Shown one piece after another: positions 11,187 to 21,010 of a stretch of 64,000 nt of DNA. Location of the stretch: positions 68,784 through 132,783 of IMG/VR virus record IMGVR_UViG_3300033121_000719; one strand, 5' to 3'. Source of the DNA: a virus. Lineage: Duplodnaviria > Caudoviricetes. The notes under the pieces are model-generated. The model had not been told where the DNA came from. It did not search any database and worked only from the letters and a program-made list of their open reading frames with translations. The first letter of the stretch is position 1, and every line of letters begins with the position of its first letter. The position numbers and the translations under genes were made by a program.

Positions 11187-11705
11187 TTATTTACTTATTT
11201 CTTCAAATATAATCTGTTTTGGCAACATATTTTTACAGATATACACACTTGAGAATGGAGGATTTAAACTTGGTCTTTGTTCTCCGTAATCTTTAAAATA
11301 AGCAATACGTCTATTTAAATACATTATTTCAAAATCATTATCCCTAAACATATTGAATCTTTTTTGACTTTCAAATAATCCTACAACTCCAACCAACATG
11401 GCAAATGGAATATTTAATTCAAAAAGTCTAGCAAAAACATCACCCTTTAAAGAATAAGGAGGATTACTAATAATATAATCTATTTTTATTTGTGGTTGCC
11501 ATTTGAAAAAGTCTTTTCCATCATTAAGATGAGAATATAATACAGTATTGTTTTTACCAATTGTTTTAACAAACAAACTATCCTGCGTATCAAAAGGACA
11601 CCAAACTGTTGTTTTTGGTTTAATATATTTTAATAATGGAGTTATTGCGTATTCTGGTGTATAAAACTCATCATTGCCACTATCTGCCACTTTGTCCATT
11701 TTCAT
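11187..11705 (-). CDS. Small N6-adenine DNA methyltransferase
   Basis: DEFYTP, VWCPFD, IISNPPYS. Confidence 0.75.
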   Translation of the reverse strand: MKMDKVADSGNDEFYTPEYAITPLLKYIKPKTTVWCPFDTQDSLFVKTIGKNNTVLYSHLNDGKDFFKWQPQIKIDYIISNPPYSLKGDVFARLFELNIPFAMLVGVVGLFESQKRFNMFRDNDFEIMYLNRRIAYFKDYGEQRPSLNPPFSSVYICKNMLPKQIIFEEISK

Positions 11706-12183
11706 TGATTGTTTATTCCTTTCTAAGAAACCTAATAAAAATCACATTTCATTTCCAAAAATACTACCAAAACAATAATCACAACGTTGTAACTCATATT
11801 CTGGAATTTCACCATTTCTATAATCTTCAGCTTTGCTTGCAGGAATAGGAACATACACGTTATCTTTGTTTCTATAATATCCAAAACCAAAACATTCTGG
11901 ACAATTTTCATAATGATGCACTTCGCATTTTGTACATAATTTTAATTTCAACATAATTCGTCCTTATGAAATTACCGTTTTATTCCATTAATTTTGCATC
12001 ATCAATTAGTTTACATAAAATTTCTTTAGCAAATTCTTTACCCATTGTTTCAGTATATAATCTAATTTCTGGTTCACCGTATTCGTCACATCCAGAGACA
12101 ATATCTAATTGCCCAAAGTAACCTTTGTCATCACTCCAAGATATACTTAATCCGTCTGAAATTGAAATTTGATAACTCATAAT

Positions 12184-13026
12184 TTATTGTATCCCTTTTA
12201 TATTTTCAGAAATATATTTGTAAATTTTCCACATTGGTAAAACGGGAGTACTTGTTTGTAATACTTTCGATATGTCCCAATTTTTAACACAATTATATAT
12301 TTCTTCTTTTTTGTTTGCATTATTGATTACAAAAATAATTTCTTTTTTATATAACTCATTTTTATCTAAAATTTGTCCACATTTAGCACCCCATGCACAA
12401 ATTTTAAAATCATATTGTTTGTTTTTATAAATTTCAATAGAAGGAGAAGAAGGTGTTGATAAATTATGATCATCATATAAAACAAAATCTTTAAAACTAT
12501 ATCTCTGTTTTTTATTTAACCCTTTTTCTGGTTTTTTGTAAATATTAAAACAACAATGAATATCTCTATCTGTATAAATATTTTTACCCAAATCTTCGCT
12601 ATAAATTAAATCAAATTCATAAAAAATATAAGTATTATTTAATTGACTAATTGGTAAAATAAAAGCAATATAATCTCCCAATTGATAACATTTTTTCATA
12701 AATTTTAATGCTTCATTTAACCTTGCACCAAAAGGAGGATTCCCAATAAATAATCTACCTTCTTTATATGGAAGATTTAACTCTAAGAAATCTTGCTTTA
12801 TAATGGAATCATCCTCTGGTTCTAAATCGTAAGCAATACATCTTTTTATTTTTTTGCTAAACGCTCCATTGCCAGCAGAAGGTTCAATGACTTCCGTTAT
12901 TTTTTCATTCTTTAAAACTTCTCTTGCCTTATCAATACAATACTGTGCGGTTTTGTCTGATGTATAATATTTATCAAGATGTAATTTGTTTGAATTTTGT
13001 GTCAAATCTCGCTTAAATTGTTGCAA
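12184..13026 (-). CDS. N6-adenine DNA methyltransferase
   Basis: LDKYYT, IEPSAGNG, IGNPPFG; TTG start at 13026 after a GGAGG RBS. Confidence 0.75.
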   Translation of the reverse strand: MQQFKRDLTQNSNKLHLDKYYTSDKTAQYCIDKAREVLKNEKITEVIEPSAGNGAFSKKIKRCIAYDLEPEDDSIIKQDFLELNLPYKEGRLFIGNPPFGARLNEALKFMKKCYQLGDYIAFILPISQLNNTYIFYEFDLIYSEDLGKNIYTDRDIHCCFNIYKKPEKGLNKKQRYSFKDFVLYDDHNLSTPSSPSIEIYKNKQYDFKICAWGAKCGQILDKNELYKKEIIFVINNANKKEEIYNCVKNWDISKVLQTSTPVLPMWKIYKYISENIKGIQ

Positions 13027-13068
13027 AATACCTCCTTTTTGATTTAAAAACCACATAAAAATGGGATT

Positions 13069-13896
13069 TTATTGGGTTAATTCTATCCTTTTTCTAATTA
13101 TATCACAATATTCACTACTCATTTCGCTTCCAATAAATTTTCTATTGTTTAATTTTGCCATTTTTAAAGTTGTACCACTTCCACAGAATGGATCATAAAC
13201 AATATCATTTTCATTAGACCAAGATAAGATATGATCTTCAGCAAGTTTCTCTGGAAATGTAGCAGGATGTTCAAATGAAAATTTATCTTTAGATGAAACC
13301 ATATATCCAGAATTATAAAACCAAACATTAGATTTTGTTTTGTCTAATTTCTGTCCTGAATTTTCAATTCGCTTCAACATTCTATCATCTGAATCTGCTC
13401 TGGCAGTTGTCCCATCTTTGTTTCTGAAAGACTTTGACGCAAACTTTATACTACCTTTTTTAATTTTTTCTATTTCTTTTTCAGATTTAGATTCTTTTAA
13501 GGGATTGAATGTATTAACATTTCCTTTACTAAATACAAACATAAATTCAAATTGTTGATTATATCTTACATTTGCAGGGAAAGGACAATTATTTTTAGCG
13601 TAGATCATTGTATCCCAAACATTAAATCCAATGGAATTAAAAAATAAACATTGTTTATATGGTACTAATTCTTCCGTCCCATCTTTTGTTTTATCGCCAA
13701 CCACCCAAACTACTACACCACCTTGTTTTGTTACACGAAATAATTCTTTGGCAATAGATTCAAAATCCCATGTATATTTTTTATAATCTCTAAAATCAGA
13801 ATATGGAGGAGAAGTTACAGTTAAGTCGATAAAATTATCTTCCATTTTACGCATTGTTTCTAAACAATCCTCGTTATAAATTGTATTTATTTCCAA
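13069..13896 (-). CDS. N4-cytosine/N6-adenine DNA methyltransferase (beta class)
   Basis: VTSPPY, HPATFP, YDPFCGSGTT. Confidence 0.9.
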   Translation of the reverse strand: MEINTIYNEDCLETMRKMEDNFIDLTVTSPPYSDFRDYKKYTWDFESIAKELFRVTKQGGVVVWVVGDKTKDGTEELVPYKQCLFFNSIGFNVWDTMIYAKNNCPFPANVRYNQQFEFMFVFSKGNVNTFNPLKESKSEKEIEKIKKGSIKFASKSFRNKDGTTARADSDDRMLKRIENSGQKLDKTKSNVWFYNSGYMVSSKDKFSFEHPATFPEKLAEDHILSWSNENDIVYDPFCGSGTTLKMAKLNNRKFIGSEMSSEYCDIIRKRIELTQ

Positions 13897-14091
13897 TATT
13901 TCCTCCTAAATTTTAAAACCCAATAAAACTTCACTTTTATCTATTTTTATCTTCATATTCTTCTGGATTATTTCTGTAAAACCACGCTACGATGTTTAAT
14001 CCAGTTTCAGAATATGGAAGTTTGAACAATATATCTCTTACGATACTCCACACAAAAATAAAGATAAAATAATTATAGGCTCTTTTTATCA

Positions 14092-14499
14092 CTACTTTCT
14101 TCTTTCTAATTTTACCGTAGCAGTTGGCTCTGTTTTAGATACGACAATGGGTTCAATTTTAGCTTCTTTACATACTTCTGCATAGTTGACATTGACAACT
14201 TTATAAGTACATTCTTCTATAATATCAGGGTCTACTTTTGCAATCTCAACAACAGCTTTCCAGTCTGTCATTTTATCTATCTTTGAATGTTTTTGAATAA
14301 TCTCTTTTGGTGCTGTCTTTCCAGCAGTTTCATAATCATATGTTCTTCTACCATTAGAATACGTAACTCTGCATCCACCAACCAGTTGAGTTTTTTGCAG
14401 TTTCAACACTTCTGCTTGAATTTCCTGTTCTAGTTCGTCTAACTCAATCTTGCGTCTTTCCCACATCAACATTTTCTCTGCCAATTCCGTTGAATCCAT
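14092..14499 (-). CDS. Hypothetical protein
   Basis: ORF with AGGAGA RBS. Confidence 0.6.
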   Translation of the reverse strand: MDSTELAEKMLMWERRKIELDELEQEIQAEVLKLQKTQLVGGCRVTYSNGRRTYDYETAGKTAPKEIIQKHSKIDKMTDWKAVVEIAKVDPDIIEECTYKVVNVNYAEVCKEAKIEPIVVSKTEPTATVKLERRK

Positions 14500-14872
14500 T
14501 TTATTATTTCTCCTTTTTATTTTTACAAATTAACTGTGTCAAATATTTCAATATACAAGCAACCCACACTATAACCATAAAAACTATAATGTCTATTTTC
14601 ACAAAACATCCTCATCGTCCTTATAAACCTCAATACAAAAAGTTTCTGTTGTTGAAAATTTTAGCATTTTTCCGTTTGAAAATTCAATTATATAATCTCC
14701 GCATGAATCAAGTCCTAGTTTTGTATATCCATCCATATCTATTGATTGTTCAACACGATCCAAGTCTTCTTGAATCTCAAAATCAAAATCCCTATCAAAT
14801 TTATATGTTTGAATATAAGCATTTATAACAAATTCGTTGCCAAATATCTCTTTTGCATATTGTAGGAGTCTA

Positions 14873-15316
14873 TTACTCTTTCTCTTGATTAGTTTCATTT
14901 TTTACTTCCTCTAAAGCACTCAAAACCATAAAATAACAGTTCATATTTGGGTAATATCTTTTATTCTCAAAAATTTGAGAGTCGTCATTAGTAAAAAATT
15001 TTAAGATAGCACCAGCTATTCCAGACGATCTTGATATTCCAGCTTCACAGTTTACTATTATATATCTAACTTTTGAATAATACTTTTTTGTAAATTCTGC
15101 TATTTTTATAGCATCACTCTTTGATATTGGATAATATTTTCCAGTATAGTCTCTTTCAACATCGTGAAAAGATAGATATAAAACATCATTATAAGTAAAA
15201 TTCAAATGAACTTTGTCAAGTTCAGGATCGTGAATACTTATAACAGCCACTGATGATTCTGCATATTTGATTGCCTCAATTCCACTTCTTGAATATACTA
15301 ATATGTCTGTGTTCAT
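14873..15316 (-). CDS. Protein-tyrosine/dual-specificity phosphatase-like protein
   Basis: CX5R motif NCEAGISRS. Confidence 0.75.
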   Translation of the reverse strand: MNTDILVYSRSGIEAIKYAESSVAVISIHDPELDKVHLNFTYNDVLYLSFHDVERDYTGKYYPISKSDAIKIAEFTKKYYSKVRYIIVNCEAGISRSSGIAGAILKFFTNDDSQIFENKRYYPNMNCYFMVLSALEEVKNETNQEKE

Positions 15317-15320
15317 TACT

Positions 15321-15878
15321 TTACAAAGTTCCTTTGCTTAATTCTTCTGCAATAAGTTCTGGATGTTCTAATTGAGAAAATATTGACCTAAAAAATATTT
15401 GCCATTGTGGTAGTCTATGGTTCGCTCTTTGAAAGAACATATTTTGTAGTGTTTTATAGTTTATACACCAAACTCTACGTTGTAAAAAACCCTCTGGAAG
15501 AATATTTTTTAATTCAGCAATAGACATCTGCCTATTGTTATAGCAAATTATACTGTTATTTACTGCAATTATAACTTGTTCTCCAACTGGATATTCAAAA
15601 TCTGTCTCGCTTACGAACCCTTTTGATAAAGTGTGCATAGTTGATTCTGATTGCTTAGTTGAGCCAACTCTGTAAGTATCAGCCTCTTGCCACCAAAATC
15701 TAGGTGCATTAACATCAAGCCAAATTGTAATTGATTCTAAAAATTTATTCTCTCCTCCTTGTTTAAAGGCAAATTTACCAAACAAATCTTTAGCTCTTTC
15801 AGGTGTGCTGTTATATGAAAGACTAAAACCAAGAGCAGATTCTTCATATCCACATTCTCTCAATACTTTTACATCCAT
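15321..15878 (-). CDS. thyX: Divergent ThyX-like (FAD-dependent thymidylate synthase) protein
   Basis: APRFWWQEADTYR...SESTMH, LPEGFLQ, QRANHRLPQW; start MDVKV after GGAGG (the longer ORF overlaps a tRNA). Confidence 0.6.
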   Translation of the reverse strand: MDVKVLRECGYEESALGFSLSYNSTPERAKDLFGKFAFKQGGENKFLESITIWLDVNAPRFWWQEADTYRVGSTKQSESTMHTLSKGFVSETDFEYPVGEQVIIAVNNSIICYNNRQMSIAELKNILPEGFLQRRVWCINYKTLQNMFFQRANHRLPQWQIFFRSIFSQLEHPELIAEELSKGTL

Positions 15879-15911
15879 ATTATTCCTCCGTTTTTTATGA
15901 GATAAAACCAA

Positions 15912-15982
15912 CAGCGAGATACGGAATCGAACCGCAAAAACCTGCTCCAAAGGCAAGTGTTTTTCCATTAAACTATCTCGCT
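15912..15982 (-). tRNA. tRNA-Gln(UUG)
   Basis: Acceptor AGCGAGA/TCTCGCT; anticodon arm CTTGC-CTTTGGA-GCAGG; T arm TGCGG-TTCGATT-CCGTA; no encoded CCA. Confidence 0.8.
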
Positions 15983-16332
15983 ACTATTGTTTAGTAGTTA
16001 TATTTTTTTATAACTTCCTCTCTGAGTTTTTGTTCTAATTCGTTAGCCTTAATATTCAACAAAGTTTTTCTATATCCAGAACTTCTTAAGGCCAGCAATC
16101 TTAGTTTTCCAATCTCAGTTCTCAGTTCCTTTTCTTTCATTTGAAACAATTGATTTTTGTAATCCATCTCTCAATCCTTTCTGGTATCCATCATCCCATA
16201 CTTTGAATAAAAAATGTTCAATATTATTTAGAAATTCTAGCTCAAATTTTTCTAAATTTAATCCGTCTTTCGCAATAAGTTCAAATTCTTTCAAAAAGTT
16301 TTCAATCTCTTGATACATATAATCCTCTTTCG

Positions 16333-17205
16333 CTAAATCCTATACTTTAAATTTTGAGTATCAAGTGCTTCGTCAAGAACTTTATTTTTGAGGTGGGCAT
16401 ATTTTATAGTTGTATTTATACTTGAGTGTCCTAATGCCGCCTGTACGATTGAAAGGTTGATGTTTTCTCCAATGAGATTTGCTGTGAAAGTGTGTCTCAT
16501 TGTATGAGCATGAATTTCATTTATTCTTTCCTCTGAAAAACCAGCTTTCCTCATTAAGGATGAAACTCTAAATCTAAGTCCTTGACCAGTAAATTGTGTT
16601 CCAATTTGAGTTACAAAAACATATGGTACTGAATTTCCAAATTTTCTATTTCTAATTACAATATATTTTTGCAATAAGTCAAAGACTTCTGACGTTAGTT
16701 TTATAACTCTTTCTTTATTTCCTTTTCCAATTATATGAATTCTGTCTCCCTCAATTTGATCTATTCTCAAATTACAAAATTCACTGTTCCTCATTCCAGT
16801 AGTTATCAAAACCATAAAAATAACTTTATCATCATATCTTTTGCAGTTGTCTAAAACTGCTTGAATTTCTTCATCACTCAAGAAAGCCTGTTCTCTATGT
16901 GGAACCTTCAAGGCTCTAATTTCTTTCCAATTATTTTCTGAAATTTTCTTTCTTGATTTTAAGAAGTCAAAAAACACTTTGATTCCCATTATTTTTAGGT
17001 TTATTGACGAAGCACTTAAACCTGCTCTTTTTAGAGCAATCTGATAATCAAAACAGTTGTCAACTGTCATATTATTCAACTGCTCAACGTTATCAACATG
17101 AAAAAAACTAAGCATTTCTTCAATTGCTTTTCTATATGTCTTTATGGTATTTTCAGATTTGTCAAGAGACAAACTATTTATGTATTGTTCAAGTTCCGTA
17201 AGCAT
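16333..17205 (-). CDS. XerC/D-like tyrosine recombinase
   Basis: SAM-like N-domain; TGMRNSE, GKGNKER, HTMRH, LGH...TIKY catalytic residues. Confidence 0.9.
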   Translation of the reverse strand: MLTELEQYINSLSLDKSENTIKTYRKAIEEMLSFFHVDNVEQLNNMTVDNCFDYQIALKRAGLSASSINLKIMGIKVFFDFLKSRKKISENNWKEIRALKVPHREQAFLSDEEIQAVLDNCKRYDDKVIFMVLITTGMRNSEFCNLRIDQIEGDRIHIIGKGNKERVIKLTSEVFDLLQKYIVIRNRKFGNSVPYVFVTQIGTQFTGQGLRFRVSSLMRKAGFSEERINEIHAHTMRHTFTANLIGENINLSIVQAALGHSSINTTIKYAHLKNKVLDEALDTQNLKYRI

Positions 17206-17228
17206 TTTATCTCCTTTTCTATACTTTA

Positions 17229-17256
17229 ATTATACCACAAATTTTAATTAAGTCAA
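17229..17256 (-). promoter_or_regulatory. sigma70-type promoter for the recombinase
   Basis: TTGACT-16-TATAAT with TGTGG extension. Confidence 0.7.
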
Positions 17257-17325
17257 GTATTTTTCAATTATAGACAAATACAGTCTTTGTCATCGTATTC
17301 ATGATATTCTTCTTCATCATCGTCT

Positions 17326-18426
17326 TTAGGATCGTAAATTGATTCCATTTTCATCTCCTATTTTAAAAAATAAATTTATCATGATATCAACATTGTCTTC
17401 ATAATTAGTTGTCAATGCAAATTTATATGGAATATCTTTTGCCTTTTCTCTTTCAGCGTCAAGGTTATTTATCATATATTCAAGAGCGTCAACCCATTTT
17501 TTCCTTTGATTAGGAACAAATGTTCCTAGGTGATATAATTCCTCATAGGATAGACTTTCTGATGCTATAAATGGTATTTGTAGCAACATATATTCAACCA
17601 CCTTGATATATGACCTTCTCTGGTCATATAATCCATGTAGGGGCGCTAGACCAATATCAAATGTTTTCTGAACAATAGGCCATTCCAAAGGTGAAACATA
17701 GGGTTGAAAAATCTTTTTATTATTGTCCAGAGGTATGCTATCAAATACATCTTTATTTCCACAAATCATCAATCTTACATTTGTATTTGCGTTTACGACC
17801 TTTCTAATTGCATCAATAATTCCGCTATCTTTCCAGCTTTGGAAGTGCGACATGCTACCACCCCACCCAATAATAATTCCTTCGTGTGGCCTAATTGGGG
17901 GGATTCCGTAATAATCATCAACCTTAAAATAGTTTGGAAGAACATATGTCTTGTTTAGATAAGACCAGTCGTCACTCAATACTTTTGATGGTGTAACAAT
18001 TCCGTGACATAATTTAAGACCATTTTTAAAGTCTTCCATAATGTTTGTATTCAAATCAAAGTAAATCTTATTGCCTTTTTCATCAGTTGTAAATCCTTTA
18101 TTTTCAACCCAAAAAGAATAAGAAATATTGCTTGGTGTCATAAATTGATAAGCGTCATCAAAATTCGCCAAAACCAGTTTGCCCTGTGACTTCCAATAAT
18201 TGATTGCATCGTGAACCTCTTTAAAAATATTCCTTTCTATTACAATTACCTGCGATTTATTGCAACAAATATTTGAAATAATTGTACTTTGAGCGAAGTC
18301 TCGTATGTTCACTAAATATGCTTCATGGTCTTTGCTTTTATTTATTGCATCAACTGGAGTTACACATCTAAAAATTGAGGTATTTAATTCATGCTTATTG
18401 TCTGCATAAACGAAAGTTATTATCAT
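17326..18426 (-). CDS. Glycosyltransferase (GT-B/GT4-like)
   Basis: IGWGGS..H, DIGLAPL, KVVEY..PFIAS. Confidence 0.7.
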   Translation of the reverse strand: MIITFVYADNKHELNTSIFRCVTPVDAINKSKDHEAYLVNIRDFAQSTIISNICCNKSQVIVIERNIFKEVHDAINYWKSQGKLVLANFDDAYQFMTPSNISYSFWVENKGFTTDEKGNKIYFDLNTNIMEDFKNGLKLCHGIVTPSKVLSDDWSYLNKTYVLPNYFKVDDYYGIPPIRPHEGIIIGWGGSMSHFQSWKDSGIIDAIRKVVNANTNVRLMICGNKDVFDSIPLDNNKKIFQPYVSPLEWPIVQKTFDIGLAPLHGLYDQRRSYIKVVEYMLLQIPFIASESLSYEELYHLGTFVPNQRKKWVDALEYMINNLDAEREKAKDIPYKFALTTNYEDNVDIMINLFFKIGDENGINLRS

Positions 18427-19205
18427 AATTGTCCTCTCAAAGTCAGTTGCTCTCTCTGTTTTTCTTCAACATAATCCCTGTTTTTTACTTTCATTTTCTT
18501 AGTTTTTTCGTAAATGACTGGCAATAAAGTATCAAATAACTTATCAGGCGTTGAACTCATACTTGTTGAATTTGTTCTCCAAGTGAACTCACATACTGGT
18601 TTATTATAGTGATAAAAGTCATATTCTTCAGAAATTCTAAGCCACATATCCCAATCTTCATATCTTTTTAATGTTTCATCAAATTTACCAGCTTTATCAA
18701 AACATTCTTTGTGTACCATAAATCCATTAACTGGATTTATGTTTTGGATTTTAAGTAAATCTGTGTTATCAAGATAATTGATGTTATATGGCAAATCCCT
18801 GTAAAAGGTTTTGTATCCACCTTTATAAAGTTCTCTTTGGTGTCCTCTAAGACAGTTACCGTACCCTATTTTTGCATTATTTTCAATTAGGAAAGAAAGC
18901 ATTTCAGAAACCATATATGTATATAGTCTATCATCAGAATCTAAAAATACAAAATATTCTCCTGTTGATTTTTCAATTCCAGTATTTCTTGTAGCACCAA
19001 GGCCCTTATTTTTTCTATGAGAAAAATATTTTACTCTATTATCATTGAAAGAGTTACAAACATCTCTTGCACTTTCACCTGCGTCATTTACGACAATGAC
19101 TTCAATATTTCTGTATGACTGTTTTAAACAAGACCTAATTGCGATTGGAAGAAAAAATTCATTCCTGTTATATGTTGGAATAATTATTGATACAAGACTA
19201 GTCAT
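18423..19205 (-). CDS. Glycosyltransferase family 2
   Basis: VSIIIPTYNR, EVIVVND, RNTG, FLDSDD, EDWDMWLR. Confidence 0.9.
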   Translation of the reverse strand: MTSLVSIIIPTYNRNEFFLPIAIRSCLKQSYRNIEVIVVNDAGESARDVCNSFNDNRVKYFSHRKNKGLGATRNTGIEKSTGEYFVFLDSDDRLYTYMVSEMLSFLIENNAKIGYGNCLRGHQRELYKGGYKTFYRDLPYNINYLDNTDLLKIQNINPVNGFMVHKECFDKAGKFDETLKRYEDWDMWLRISEEYDFYHYNKPVCEFTWRTNSTSMSSTPDKLFDTLLPVIYEKTKKMKVKNRDYVEEKQREQLTLRGQL

Positions 19206-19953
19206 GGTCTAGTTCTCCATATTTTCTTGAACTTATTGCTATATAATTTGTTTTATATGCAGTTTCAAGTTCCTCAAGGTATTCATTAATTACCACCAGA
19301 CCATTTGGAATAATTCTGTATAAGCTATAATTATTTGACGCTAATAAATCATAAACCTCTTTTAGTTTATATCCAGCATTGTTCAGGCTGTCGTTGTAAT
19401 GAAACTGAATTATCTCTATATCTTGATTTTTCAAGTAATCTTTAGCGCCATCAAGAATATCAAAAAGACTTCCTTCAGCATCAATTTTCATAAAATTGAC
19501 AACATCAATTCCATTCATGTTTAAGAAACAATCAAGACTGGATTGATTAACCTCAATTTCCTTTGGTTTTATTACAAGTTTTTCTTCAAGATCAGTTCTT
19601 CTAAATAGCGAAGATTTCTCTGCAAAAGGGTCATTATTACCATATAGATAAAACATCCCCTTCTCATCTTTATTTGTGACAGCCATGTTATGTAAAGAAA
19701 CATTCTTTCTTATAAAGAAATGCTCATTAGCAATTTTTAGTTTATCAACATTTGGATCAATCATATATATATGTTCAAATGGTTTGTGGGATTCAACAAT
19801 CATACTCCAATTTCCAATTCCACATCCAATATCAAATATAATCTGTCCTTTTGTAATAAAACTTCCAATCACTAAAATCTCGCCGTTATTTAGAATATCT
19901 GTTGCATCAAAAACTAAATTCTTTGATTCTTCATTATATTCAAATAGATTCAT
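19198..19953 (-). CDS. FkbM-family methyltransferase
   Basis: IFDIGCGIG, FMKIDAEG. Confidence 0.75.
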   Translation of the reverse strand: MNLFEYNEESKNLVFDATDILNNGEILVIGSFITKGQIIFDIGCGIGNWSMIVESHKPFEHIYMIDPNVDKLKIANEHFFIRKNVSLHNMAVTNKDEKGMFYLYGNNDPFAEKSSLFRRTDLEEKLVIKPKEIEVNQSSLDCFLNMNGIDVVNFMKIDAEGSLFDILDGAKDYLKNQDIEIIQFHYNDSLNNAGYKLKEVYDLLASNNYSLYRIIPNGLVVINEYLEELETAYKTNYIAISSRKYGELDHD

Positions 19954-20780
19954 TTAATTCCTTTCCTAAATTCAAAATCAACCTCTTGATGACATCCGTT
20001 TGGTATAAAACCATAGAATTGACTATCATCAAGTCTATACCCCTGTTCAAATCCTTCCAAAAACGATTCTGAACTGTACTTTTCATTTGCGCTAAATCTA
20101 TTCAGAGCAGTTGACTGAACCCTATTTGCTGGAATACAGAAAGCCGCAGACTTTTGAAAACAAAGTAAATTATGTGGTTGAGTTGATGACCATGCTAAAG
20201 CTGGCAAAACTGAAGCCATATTTGCTTCAAGCATATTTGGATTTTTATAGTTTGAGTGTAATATTGTATTTATTGTATCATATTTATAAATTGACGATGA
20301 AAGCTCAAGTGGATATGCGAAATCATATTCCTGTCTAGTCCAATCAAACATAAGACAATTTTCAGCAACATCAAAATAATTGTGTCTTATTTTTTGATTT
20401 ACTCCATAAGGATAACAATATGTACAATTCAATCCAAGCCTCAAACTAAACCCAATACAATTATTACACGCAAACATAAGATTGATTATTTTTTTTACGT
20501 CAAAATTTTGTACAAACACACAGTCATCAACAGTAAACATTATATGAGAATATCCATTTACCAAATTAAGTAAATCATTTTTGAAATTAGATTCTCTTAC
20601 AAACGATATTGATGGATACTCAGTTTTCAATGTATCATATGTTTTTTCGTGTCTTTCTGTGCTTGTAGTATATAAAACCACGATGTTATCAATATTTTTT
20701 GAATGATATAACAATGTTTTTAGAGTTAAATCAAGTTGTAGCGCACGATCCTTACTGAAAATTACACAAATTGTCTTCAT
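19950..20780 (-). CDS. GT-A fold glycosyltransferase-like protein
   Basis: IFSKDRALQL, FTVDDCVF; located in glycosylation cluster. Confidence 0.55.
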   Translation of the reverse strand: MKTICVIFSKDRALQLDLTLKTLLYHSKNIDNIVVLYTTSTERHEKTYDTLKTEYPSISFVRESNFKNDLLNLVNGYSHIMFTVDDCVFVQNFDVKKIINLMFACNNCIGFSLRLGLNCTYCYPYGVNQKIRHNYFDVAENCLMFDWTRQEYDFAYPLELSSSIYKYDTINTILHSNYKNPNMLEANMASVLPALAWSSTQPHNLLCFQKSAAFCIPANRVQSTALNRFSANEKYSSESFLEGFEQGYRLDDSQFYGFIPNGCHQEVDFEFRKGIK

Positions 20781-21001
20781 TGACTACCTTTTTTAGTGAT
20801 TTTTTTAGTAAACCCATCACCTTTATAAATAACATGGGGACTGGAAAAGTTTTTTCTCACATTCATACTAGCACAATGAGGACATTTTACTTCAGATATA
20901 ACTATACTATACGAAGATATAGAAATAACGAAGATTTCTCCACAGTCCTTGCAAACATATTCGTATTCTATCATAAACCTCCTTTTCTGGTAATTAATCA
21001 T
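20777..21001 (-). CDS. FmdB-family zinc ribbon protein
   Basis: YEYVCKDCG...CPHC...YKGDGF. Confidence 0.75.
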   Translation of the reverse strand: MINYQKRRFMIEYEYVCKDCGEIFVISISSYSIVISEVKCPHCASMNVRKNFSSPHVIYKGDGFTKKITKKGSQ

Positions 21002-21010
21002 ACCACACTT

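Larger units (their letters stand above)
4950..13940. repeat. Cluster of ~19 dispersed 18-bp inverted repeats ATRAAW-N6-TTTYAT at gene junctions
   Basis: Copies start at 5529, 5616, 6107, 6538, 6742, 7051, 7258, 7549, 8754, 8961, 9189, 10140, 11173, 11735, 11966, 13055, 13923; degenerate copies at 4950 (5-bp spacer) and 7936. Confidence 0.85.

Noticed and set aside
15879-15968. 30-aa N-terminal extension of the ThyX-like ORF
   Set aside because: Overlaps tRNA-Gln; a GGAGG RBS precedes the ATG at 15878
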